Assembly (NCBI GenBank): GCA_963744145.1
Contig: CAVUSO010000001.1
Coordinates: 736,001 to 800,000 of the forward strand
From: an uncultured cyanobacterium
GTDB taxonomy: Bacteria; Cyanobacteriota; Cyanobacteriia; Cyanobacteriales; CAWUOF01
Reading direction: 5' to 3'
DNA length: 64,000 bases
Shown: in pieces, positions 1 to 8,511 of the stretch
Layout of the letters: every line of letters begins with the position of its first letter
Numbering within the stretch: position 1 is the first letter of the stretch
Notes under the pieces: generated by a model
Databases searched by the model: none
Told to the model about the DNA's origin: nothing
The model's input: the letters and a program-made list of their open reading frames with translations, nothing else
Position numbers and translations under genes: made by a program

Positions 1-4
1 TCGC

Positions 5-1942
5 ATGGAATCAAGCCATGGTCGAGACGATACTATCAAAAGAGCTGAAGGTGCTTTAGACTACTATAAAAAAGCTGTTCAATCAGCAACCGGTGATCTA
101 CCTACTTCTCAAACTACCCTAATTCAAGCACAATTGAATGGTCTGAGTTTATTATTAGACTATCAGAATTGGTTAGAGCAAGAAACCAAAATAGATTCAC
201 CAGATATTCGGGAAAAACTAGAGCAAGTTAAAGCGCAATTGCAAGCTCAGGTTGATCAGTTACGGAAAGAGCCATTCCTGTTTGCTAATTTACCACCGAT
301 AATCGCAATTTATAGTCGTTTAAACTTTGCCGAAAGTCTGATTAGCTTCTCTCCAGAAAAAGAAGAATATGTATCGATCGCGCTCCAATATGCAAAAGAT
401 GCTCTCGCTAAATCTCTGGTTTTAGGAAATCAACAAGTAAGAGGTTATGTGCTGGGAATACTGGGTAGTTTATATGAACAAATTAATGATTTAGAGCAAG
501 CGGAAGATTTGACTAAAAAGGCTGTCTATATTACTCAATCGATTCTGGCTGAAGATATTGTTTATAAATGGCAATATCAATTAGGCAGTATTTATGAACG
601 TCAAGGAAAAATTCCCGATGCGATCGCTGCTTATAATGCAGCAGTTAACACTCTTGATGTGGTCCGTCATAGCTTACTATCAGTGAATACCAATGTACTA
701 TTTTATTTTCGGGAAAAATTAGAACCTATTTATCGAGATTTAATTAATTTATATCTACAATCACCAAATCAAGAAAATCTCGCCAAAGTCCTAGAAGTAA
801 ATAAGAAATTCCAATTAATCGAGCTGGAGAATTTTATTCAATGTAATTTATCAGGTTTTGAACCCCTGGAAAAAATTGTGAAGGAACTTAAGCAAACAGC
901 AGTTGCCATTATTTATACAATTATTTTAGAAAAGCAGAATAAAGTTGAAGTAATTCTTAGTTTACCTAACCAAGATCAACCGAATTTATATCATTATAGC
1001 ACGCCTTGGGATGAAGTAAATGAGAACGTTAATGCGCTCAGGAATAATCTGCAACTGCCAAATTTTAGAAACTTAAACGCTGAGGAAAAAATTATGCCTC
1101 GGTATCAGAAACTTTATCAATTATTGATGGCACCACTCAAGAGATACTTACCTAAGCAAGGAACATTAGTATTTGTACTGGATAGTCAATTACAAAACAT
1201 TCCAATGGCACTTTTGCAAGATGAAAATAAGCGCTACTTAATTGAGGATTATAGTATTGCACTTAGTCCGGGTTCCCAAATCCGCAAACCAAGTAAAATC
1301 TCTTGGAAGCAATCGAGGGCATTAATTGCTGGACTCAATCAAAGTGAACGTAGTTCACCTGAATTTCGACCACTAACTAACGTAAAAATTGAATTAGATG
1401 AAGTGAAGAAAAATACAGTTTCCCACGAAATCCTGTTTGAAAAAAACTTTACTAAAGAAAAGTTCCAAAGTACAGTTCATGCTTCGTCTTTTCCCATCAT
1501 CCATCTAGCTACTCATGGAAAATTTAGTTCTGACTCAGAAAAAACATTTATCGTTGCTTATAATGGGCAAATTAATGTCAGAGAATTAGACTATTTGCTG
1601 AGAAATAAAACTCAAGGTAGTCCTGAACCACTTGAGTTACTCGTATTGAGTGCTTGTGAGACAGCAAAAGGCGATCGCGAAGGAGGGTTAGGAATGGCAG
1701 GGGTGGCAGTAAAAGCAGGTGCTCGTAGTACAGTAGCAAGTATTTGGAGTGTAAGCGATCGCTCTACCGCCTGGTTTATGAAAGAATTTTACCAAAGATT
1801 AAAAGCAGGTGCGACCAAAGCAGAAGCCCTACGTCAAGCACAAATAGCTTTTTTGAAAAATCCTCATCACGACCTAGCTTATCAAGGTTACGAACATCCA
1901 TATTACTGGGCACCTTTTATTCTGGTCGGTAATTGGCTATAA
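5..1942 (+). CDS. TPR + CHAT (caspase-like) domain protein, 5' end probably outside the window
   Basis: TPR-like helices (YKWQYQLGSIYERQGK), CHAT motifs HLATHG and LVLSACETA, C-terminal HPYYWAPFILVGNW. Confidence 0.9.
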   Translation: MESSHGRDDTIKRAEGALDYYKKAVQSATGDLPTSQTTLIQAQLNGLSLLLDYQNWLEQETKIDSPDIREKLEQVKAQLQAQVDQLRKEPFLFANLPPIIAIYSRLNFAESLISFSPEKEEYVSIALQYAKDALAKSLVLGNQQVRGYVLGILGSLYEQINDLEQAEDLTKKAVYITQSILAEDIVYKWQYQLGSIYERQGKIPDAIAAYNAAVNTLDVVRHSLLSVNTNVLFYFREKLEPIYRDLINLYLQSPNQENLAKVLEVNKKFQLIELENFIQCNLSGFEPLEKIVKELKQTAVAIIYTIILEKQNKVEVILSLPNQDQPNLYHYSTPWDEVNENVNALRNNLQLPNFRNLNAEEKIMPRYQKLYQLLMAPLKRYLPKQGTLVFVLDSQLQNIPMALLQDENKRYLIEDYSIALSPGSQIRKPSKISWKQSRALIAGLNQSERSSPEFRPLTNVKIELDEVKKNTVSHEILFEKNFTKEKFQSTVHASSFPIIHLATHGKFSSDSEKTFIVAYNGQINVRELDYLLRNKTQGSPEPLELLVLSACETAKGDREGGLGMAGVAVKAGARSTVASIWSVSDRSTAWFMKEFYQRLKAGATKAEALRQAQIAFLKNPHHDLAYQGYEHPYYWAPFILVGNWL

Positions 1943-3016
1943 TTTTTTTACTACATCATCTGATAAACCAAGTTTTTTGATTTCTTGGTTAACTTGATTC
2001 AATCTAGTTTCTGCTAATTCTAATTCTTGCTCATCAGCATTAATCTTTGCTAACTTCACCGCTGTTTTATAGCGAGTTTTAGCCAATTGCCACAGGTTTT
2101 GCTTTAAGTAAATATCTCCTAATTTTCGATAAGTCTGGGGAATTTGACTACCATCTTTTACCAATGATTCGAGGATGTTTCTGATGTCAGAGATTAAATG
2201 ATTTTTTTGGTAAACGCTATACAAGTCTTGCAGATATTTTTCCTCTTTCGATATGTTTAAAGAGTTGATCAAATTAATGGTATCTTGCACTTGCTTAATT
2301 GTTTCTGGTTTAAGCATAGCAAAAGTTGATTCGCTGGCTTCTAGATAATTTTGAGATCCTTCAGTTTTGACCTCAATCGTTAATTTATATTCATGTCCAG
2401 GGACTAAAGCTGGTACATCACTAGGATAGTCCCATGTAATCTCATTTTCCACTGATTTAGGTGGATTGGTCACAGCTCTTTCCCAGTTGAGTCCGTCCTC
2501 AGTTATATCTATGATGCTTACACTATAACTGGTTATTCCTGACACAGCGTGCCAAGAAATTCTTGGTCGAGCATTGATGATATCTGTTTCGTAGAGACTA
2601 ATAATATAAGGTAAATTAGGATCATTTTCCGGACCACGCGGATCAGGATCATAACAATTTTTGTTTTCGGGACAAATTACTTCTGATGCAGGTTGTGGAC
2701 AGTGAGCGCCAACAGGTGAATTCCCAGGAGATACTTGCCAAGTTTCCCCAGAAGCGTAGCAGAGAGCAGTTATATCAGCACCTGGGCTAGGTTGTAAGAT
2801 ATCATCGCTATAAATTAATGTACCAGCTTTAATTTTGCGATCGTTTTGAACAGAAAGAATCCGTCCCACGGGAGTCTTCTTGACCGTTGTAGCTGCAACT
2901 GGTTCGATTTGGATCAAATTGACATGGTTGCTAGTTTTCTCCTTGGGAGCAAATAGGAACGAGGTTATGGCTAAAGAAATGGATGTTAGAATTGAAAAGG
3001 ATCTTTTGGTTTTCAT
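1937..3016 (-). CDS. Secreted hypothetical protein of the type found beside cyanobacterial CHAT genes (DUF928-like region, C-terminal TPR)
   Basis: AGGAG RBS before ATG 3016; signal-peptide-like N-terminus; RGP..PYIIS..RPRISW segment; TPR-like tail. Confidence 0.65.
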   Translation of the reverse strand: MKTKRSFSILTSISLAITSFLFAPKEKTSNHVNLIQIEPVAATTVKKTPVGRILSVQNDRKIKAGTLIYSDDILQPSPGADITALCYASGETWQVSPGNSPVGAHCPQPASEVICPENKNCYDPDPRGPENDPNLPYIISLYETDIINARPRISWHAVSGITSYSVSIIDITEDGLNWERAVTNPPKSVENEITWDYPSDVPALVPGHEYKLTIEVKTEGSQNYLEASESTFAMLKPETIKQVQDTINLINSLNISKEEKYLQDLYSVYQKNHLISDIRNILESLVKDGSQIPQTYRKLGDIYLKQNLWQLAKTRYKTAVKLAKINADEQELELAETRLNQVNQEIKKLGLSDDVVKKL

Positions 3017-3348
3017 AGTTGATCTCCTGCTTGTCATCGGTGCGATCGCTCGTTAAAAACAGCATAACTCACCTCACTAATTTGTAAGTCTTGACTGAAT
3101 CGGTATGAGAACCTTCAGCTTTAAAAATGTTATGACTGGGTTAATTTTAGGTGATATCATACCAAATAGCAAACTGATTGTTAAAAAAAAGTTATGAAAT
3201 GGTAGGAAAATCTGAAAATATCGCATTGGTTCAGAAGCAGCAGATCAGGAATAGTGAAGCTAAAAGCGTTCAGTCAGGGATAATCTGTACACCAGTAAAT
3301 GTTAGAGTAAAAGCAGCAAAAAATAAAATTACACCAATTAATAAATTG

Positions 3349-3533
3349 AGGGTTGTTTCATGCTAGGTCGCTCCCATGCTTAGACCTAACACCCCAACCC
3401 CCTTCCCTAGAAGGGAAGGGGGAGTAATTAAGATGATTAAATTAATGGGAGTGAATCAGAGTCATTCTTGCTCCCCTTTCCTCTTAGGAGAGGGGTTGGG
3501 GGAGAGGTCCTTCTGCTAGAATGAAACAGCCCT
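3349..3533. mobile_element. MITE, 185 bp, with internal GC-rich hairpins
   Basis: Terminal inverted repeats AGGGTTGTTTCATGCTAG (3349-3366) and CTAGAATGAAACAGCCCT (3516-3533), 16/18 complementary; internal CCCCCTTCCCT-AGA-AGGGAAGGGGG palindrome. Confidence 0.75.
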
Positions 3534-3549
3534 GCAATTGCTAGTGAGG

Positions 3550-3897
3550 TTAACTATTGATGAATTCCCAAATATCTTGCAAACACTCTACCTCATCAAT
3601 CCCAAATTCATGCCAATCGTTAGGATGGGGTATATATTCAAGCAAGTTCTTCCACAAACTTGCCATTGAAATATTAGACTTAAAGCAAATCACACTAGCC
3701 AAAACTGCCAGAGCATTATCTAATAGTTCACTATTAACATTTTCTAATTTCTTTTTTGATACACCCAAACTACCAAAATACAAGATCAGATTATCTTTTT
3801 TATATTGAACTTGAATAGCTAGAGAATTAGCAGGTTTCTGAAATTCAATCAAAGACCAACTATCTGTTTCACGACGCCAAATTTCTCTCATGTTCAT
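3550..3897 (-). CDS. Hypothetical protein downstream of the WYL gene
   Basis: ORF with AGGAG RBS before ATG 3897; no recognised motifs. Confidence 0.5.
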   Translation of the reverse strand: MNMREIWRRETDSWSLIEFQKPANSLAIQVQYKKDNLILYFGSLGVSKKKLENVNSELLDNALAVLASVICFKSNISMASLWKNLLEYIPHPNDWHEFGIDEVECLQDIWEFINS

Positions 3898-4011
3898 ATT
3901 TAACACTCCTAAATTTTGGGAATGACTAAATCCACTAAGCTTAACCACAACTGCTCTACCTCGGATTGCGGAAGTTTCACCAAAAATTCTGCCTAAATGA
4001 CTGCAACAATT

Positions 4012-5484
4012 TTATTGACTGATGCTGATTTTAGTTTCCGACTGATAGTTCGCTAATTCTTGTGCTGCTTCAGTTTGCAAAAGTTGTCTGATTGATAAGG
4101 GGGCAATCACTTCACCATTAGGTCTCCAATCTCGCAAGCGCATCAAAACATTAACATCTCCAGTCCGAATCCAACCTTGGTAATAGGCGTCAATCTCAGA
4201 TTTTTGAGCAATTATTTGTAATAATTGTTGCTGTTGCTGTAGATCTTTGATCTGCTCACGGATCAGGTGAGGTAGGTTTTGATGGGCGATCGTTTGAAAG
4301 GTAGGATGTCTAAATGTATCTTGAACATACCAACGTGCAAATTCAGTAGGAAAACGGACAATGAATAATTCTGCTGGTCGATAAAAATCAAATCCCCAAG
4401 CTTCATTTAATTCATTTTGCACTGTTGTTGGTGTCGGTAATTGACCAGAGCGCCACAGATTTTTGAGGGGTTTAGGTACATCCGGATCTCCCCATGCTAA
4501 GATTTTTAGTTGGTTTGAGGTAATCCGATCAAGACGATAATTATGCCAGCCAAATTTGCCTTTTGGATCTTTGCCATAGGCACTCAGATATTTAGCCCGT
4601 CGGATATAATGCAAGCAAACTGGATATACTGTAATTAAGATTTCTTGGGATTGGGAAACTGACCAATAGGGAAATTGAACTACTCCTCCTTCATGTTTGT
4701 GCCATAAGGATTCGAGTTGTGCTTGATAATCATCGACTTGATCTTGTTGGTCTGGGGAGAGAATATAATCTAGATGAATAAAAATCCGTTTACTAGGTGT
4801 TTGTGCGGTTTGGGAAATTGCCCGATCGCTGACTTGGGTCCGGAGCGAGTCGATCAGGATTTCTATATTTGGTTGGACAAATGCGATCGATTCTAATACT
4901 TGTAATATTTCCGAAATTTGGGTTTTCGATAGTTCATCACCGTTCTGATTGGGGATAATTTCCGTTGGGGGAGGTGGGAATTTAGAACTGGGGATACATT
5001 GGTAATATTGACGACGGGGCGATCGCAACCATCCCTGTTCTACCAATTTTTTGAGGTCATCCCGAATCGAGCGATGGACAGTAGCAAAAGGACGCTCTCG
5101 TAATTTTTTAGCTAATTCTGCTTTGGGTATCCCTGTCATTTGCATGACTATTTTCGTCCATTCAGATTCAGATTGAGCTGTATTCGGAGTAAAGAGTAAT
5201 TCTTTTGAAGATTGATGACAAATACAACTTGAATCTCGACAATTAGCTAGCAGTTGATCAGCCGTCAGCAGATCACTGGTCGGATGGGTAGGTGCAAATA
5301 GGAGATCCCGGAGTTCCGGATAGATAAAAGTTTGGGATAAGATGGCTCGAATGGGAGACTCCGAACTATAAAACCGTTGCAATAATACCCATAAACGGAG
5401 CGATCGCAGCAACCGATTGGCCAATTGACCACCTGCTAACCATTGCAGAATCTGGGGACTGGGAGGATAGATAAAAGTAGACAA
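4012..5484 (-). CDS. CRISPR-associated WYL-domain transcriptional regulator (TIGR03985-like)
   Basis: wHTH-like segment (HRSIRDDLKKLVEQGWL); WYL core YPVCLHYIRRAKYLSAYG...NYRLDRI; WCX-like tail (EVIAPLSIRQ); divergent from the cas genes. Confidence 0.85.
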   Translation of the reverse strand: MSTFIYPPSPQILQWLAGGQLANRLLRSLRLWVLLQRFYSSESPIRAILSQTFIYPELRDLLFAPTHPTSDLLTADQLLANCRDSSCICHQSSKELLFTPNTAQSESEWTKIVMQMTGIPKAELAKKLRERPFATVHRSIRDDLKKLVEQGWLRSPRRQYYQCIPSSKFPPPPTEIIPNQNGDELSKTQISEILQVLESIAFVQPNIEILIDSLRTQVSDRAISQTAQTPSKRIFIHLDYILSPDQQDQVDDYQAQLESLWHKHEGGVVQFPYWSVSQSQEILITVYPVCLHYIRRAKYLSAYGKDPKGKFGWHNYRLDRITSNQLKILAWGDPDVPKPLKNLWRSGQLPTPTTVQNELNEAWGFDFYRPAELFIVRFPTEFARWYVQDTFRHPTFQTIAHQNLPHLIREQIKDLQQQQQLLQIIAQKSEIDAYYQGWIRTGDVNVLMRLRDWRPNGEVIAPLSIRQLLQTEAAQELANYQSETKISISQ

Positions 5485-5487
5485 TAA

Positions 5488-5505
5488 TGGAAACCCCTTA
5501 TTCCA
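5488..5505. promoter_or_regulatory. Palindromic operator candidate TGGAA-N8-TTCCA in the WYL/csx3-fusion divergent intergenic region
   Basis: Perfect 5-bp inverted repeat 3 bp upstream of the WYL start; a second GGAA-N8-TTCCA lies at 6709-6725. Confidence 0.45.
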
Positions 5506-5549
5506 AGCGGGATTAATATAGGAGCAGAGTCGAAATTTGGTATTGAATC

Positions 5550-6467
5550 ATGAACTATACAACTGCGCCCGGTATGCGTTTTACCCTATCTAGTCATTGT
5601 AATCCCGAAGGATTAAAGTATCAACTGTTATTCGTAGAATTAACTCGGAAAGACAGAATTATTCACCCAGAGGAATTAGCCGAAATTGAACTACCCCAGG
5701 GAATAGATACAACTGGGGGGGTAGTGATTTCCGGTCGTGGGCCAATTTGGTTACATGACTATCTCGTCCATGAGCTACATCCAACAGCTTGGATTGGTTG
5801 TTTTGAACCGAGGTTTAATTCTGCGATCGTCGTTGCTACTCATACGAGTTCAGTTAAAGTCGGTCAAGTGATTCCCTTAACACCCCTGGAAGTGAGTTTT
5901 TTAGGTAGTGCTTTGATGATTGTCGGACCTCCTAATAGTGGGAAAAGCGTTTTGTCATATACTTTATTTAAAGCTTTGCTATCAGAATTTCCAGATATTT
6001 ATTTACAACGTGCTAACTGGGATGGGGAAGGTAATTATGTATTGGAATTAACAGCACAAGCTAGTAAAGATGCAGAAGGGTTTAAAGCAGATAATAAGGG
6101 AGGTTTAACACCGCAATTCTTTCCCTACCACGCGCAAGCAATTCTCCAATTAAGACGACAAAAATCTTTAGTAATTGTTGATGTAGGTGGGATGGTACAG
6201 CCAGAAAAACAACCGATTTTAGAAGCTTGTTCTCATTATTTGATCATTAGTTCACGTCCAGAAGAAGTAGAAAAATGGCACGAATTTTGTCGCGATCGGG
6301 GTAATCTCCAACCTGTCGCTGTGATTCACAGTACATTAGAGCAGCAGGAAATTATGCACCAACAACAACCTTACTTAGAGATCACTTGTGGTCCTTGGAT
6401 TAGCGGACAAGAATCAGTAATTCCTAGCACATTAATGGAACAAGTACGCACTTTGGTAAAGAAATGA
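5550..6467 (+). CDS. csx3: Csx3 (Crn3) ring-nuclease domain fused to a P-loop NTPase
   Basis: N-terminal GVVISGRGPIWLHDYLVHELHPTAWIGCFEPR (Csx3 motif); Walker A GPPNSGKS; Walker B-like VIVDVGG. Confidence 0.85.
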   Translation: MNYTTAPGMRFTLSSHCNPEGLKYQLLFVELTRKDRIIHPEELAEIELPQGIDTTGGVVISGRGPIWLHDYLVHELHPTAWIGCFEPRFNSAIVVATHTSSVKVGQVIPLTPLEVSFLGSALMIVGPPNSGKSVLSYTLFKALLSEFPDIYLQRANWDGEGNYVLELTAQASKDAEGFKADNKGGLTPQFFPYHAQAILQLRRQKSLVIVDVGGMVQPEKQPILEACSHYLIISSRPEEVEKWHEFCRDRGNLQPVAVIHSTLEQQEIMHQQQPYLEITCGPWISGQESVIPSTLMEQVRTLVKK

Positions 6468-6568
6468 TCCAAAGCTACATGATTCTTCAATAATTTCGCG
6501 ATCGGTGATGGATCGATTTACCTTGAGAGCGGATCTGGACATGAAAGATTAATTTAAAATTACGTTTC

Positions 6569-6607
6569 GTTAAGAGTTACTTTTTGCCGATCCGGTCTGC
6601 TAGATTA
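6569..6607 (+). promoter_or_regulatory. Conserved cas promoter element, copy 1 (extended -10 TGcTAGATT)
   Basis: 35/39 identical to 23676-23714, which lies upstream of the III-A cas10. Confidence 0.7.
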
Positions 6608-6708
6608 GTAGTAGTTTTATGTGTGATGCTACTAATCTCACTTGTAATAACGAGACTTTCTCCGTAAAAATGTCCCAGGTTGGCTTGTTAGAGGCAAATT
6701 GCCGCTAC

Positions 6709-6725
6709 GGAAGACGCCTATTCCA
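6709..6725. promoter_or_regulatory. Second GGAA-N8-TTCCA operator candidate upstream of csx3
   Basis: GGAAGACGCCTATTCCA, followed by an extended -10-like TGaTAAAGT (6732-6740). Confidence 0.4.
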
Positions 6726-6764
6726 TTAGGGTGATAAAGTAGCAATAATTTCACCAAGAGCATT

Positions 6765-7094
6765 ATGAGTACAGTACAACTAAAAGTCATTCCCCATCAA
6801 ACCCAGTCTGGTGTACCGTATCAACACCTGCGCGTCGAAATTACGAATGAAAACGGCATTATTACACCAGAGGATCTCAAGGGGGTCAAGTTACCAGCAG
6901 GGATCGATTTTAGTCAAGGTATTGTTATTGAAGGAAAAGCACCGATTTGGCTGTATGGGTATTTGGTGCATGAGTGCCATCCCGCTGCATGGGTTGGGTG
7001 TTATGACCCACGTTTAGGAGTGGTGGTGGTCGCGACTCATACTCATGCGGTGGCGATCGCGGAGGTGTTTAAAGTGGATTTACCTGGGGGGTGA
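6765..7094 (+). CDS. csx3: CRISPR-associated ring nuclease Csx3/Crn3
   Basis: GIVIEGKAPIWLYGYLVHECHPAAWVGCYDPRLG motif; 109 aa. Confidence 0.92.
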   Translation: MSTVQLKVIPHQTQSGVPYQHLRVEITNENGIITPEDLKGVKLPAGIDFSQGIVIEGKAPIWLYGYLVHECHPAAWVGCYDPRLGVVVVATHTHAVAIAEVFKVDLPGG

Positions 7095-7158
7095 GGGGCG
7101 ATCGCACTTTTTACTATTTCAATTCTGTTGACCAGTTAACCTAAATTTGGAAGAATTT

Positions 7159-8511
7159 ATGACCAGTACAAATCCTAATGATTGGGAAGATTATCAAGTT
7201 GATCATCTATTTTTGTTGGTTGGTGAGAATCCGTTACCGAATTATGTAGCAGCTAAGACATTACTTAGAGAAGGTGAAGAAGGTAAAGAAGGTGGTAAAC
7301 CTTACCTTATTTACACAAAACATACTCAAGAAGCAATGAAACGCTTACAGGAAATTTTAGAGATTCCTGAAGAACAAAGACAAAAATTAACTGTGGCATT
7401 AGAAAACTATGAATCTAATGCTCATGAAATTCGCCAGCGTATTAATGGTAAAATTACAGAGATCCGGGAACAAGAAAAGAAACAGAAAGAACCTAAATTG
7501 CGTTTTGGCTTGAATTATACGGGTGGAACTAAAGCAATGGCTGTTCATTCTTATCAAGCATTTTTAGAACTAAAAGACTTAGAGTCTGTTGTTTTTAGTT
7601 ATTTAGATTCTCGTACTATGCAAATGATGTTTGATAAGCTTTTTCCTCCTGTCTCCGTCAAAAATAAAACCAGTATTTCTCTTGTACAGCTTTTTAAGCT
7701 ACATGGGTTATCTTTGAGTAAAGATCCAAAACCTGAAGTTGTTTATCCTGAACTTATAAGCGTTTTAATCAAGACGGAAAACTTAAAAGCATGGAAAAAT
7801 TGGTGTCGAAAGATTTTACAAGTTTATGGAAAAGTTCAAAATGAAATAACAACTATGACAAAAGATAACAAAGAAATAAAGATAGTTGAATTGGGTAATT
7901 GGAAAAAGAAAAATGAACTCAACTCTCTATTTTTGGATATTCAAGAACTACCAGAAGAAATCAAAAATATCTTAATTAGTTACGATATCACTGAAAATAA
8001 TGACAAATTATCAGTTAGCAAGTTAATAGATAAACAAAAAATACCTAAACCCAGTAAGAATGAAAAATATCCAGAAGAAATATGTAAATGGCTTGATGGA
8101 ATTTGGTTAGAAGATTTTGTTTTACAAACAATCAAAAAAATTAAGCAAGAAGGAGAAATAATAATTGATGAATTTGGAATGTCATTTAATTTTCCACCAA
8201 AAGATAACATTGCTGATTTTGAGTTTGATGTGGCTTTTTTACGAGGTTATCAATTGTTTGCACTCTCTTGTACTACAGATGATACTCTTGGACTCTGTAA
8301 GTTAAAACTATTTGAAGCTTATCGGAGAGCAAAACAGATGGGAGGAGATGAAGCACGAGTCGCGTTAATTTGTTGTTCCAATAATTCCTCAAAAATTCGT
8401 GATGACTTTTTGGCTCAAATTAAAGATGAAAAAGTTAAAGTGTTCGGTATTCAAGATTTACCTGAACTCGGACAAAAACTTCGGTTATGGATTAAAGAGG
8501 TAGAAAAATAA
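7159..8511 (+). CDS. CARF + PD-(D/E)xK nuclease effector (DUF1887 / Card1-Can2-like)
   Basis: CARF motifs LLVGENPLPNY and LNYTGGTKAM; nuclease motifs GIWLE and EFDVAFLRGYQLFALSCTT. Confidence 0.85.
   Translation: MTSTNPNDWEDYQVDHLFLLVGENPLPNYVAAKTLLREGEEGKEGGKPYLIYTKHTQEAMKRLQEILEIPEEQRQKLTVALENYESNAHEIRQRINGKITEIREQEKKQKEPKLRFGLNYTGGTKAMAVHSYQAFLELKDLESVVFSYLDSRTMQMMFDKLFPPVSVKNKTSISLVQLFKLHGLSLSKDPKPEVVYPELISVLIKTENLKAWKNWCRKILQVYGKVQNEITTMTKDNKEIKIVELGNWKKKNELNSLFLDIQELPEEIKNILISYDITENNDKLSVSKLIDKQKIPKPSKNEKYPEEICKWLDGIWLEDFVLQTIKKIKQEGEIIIDEFGMSFNFPPKDNIADFEFDVAFLRGYQLFALSCTTDDTLGLCKLKLFEAYRRAKQMGGDEARVALICCSNNSSKIRDDFLAQIKDEKVKVFGIQDLPELGQKLRLWIKEVEK

Noticed and set aside
5-1942. CHAT protease as a CRISPR effector (as with TPR-CHAT in type III-E or SAVED-CHAT)
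   Set aside because: Looks like the abundant cyanobacterial TPR-CHAT type with its usual secreted partner; no CARF or SAVED motif is visible and it is separated from the cas genes. Its 5' end is outside the window, so this is not fully excluded.
5488-6740. The two CCTATTCC..GGG hairpins as degenerate CRISPR repeats
   Set aside because: Only two copies, 1.2 kb apart, 16/23 identical, no spacer periodicity; better explained as operators.
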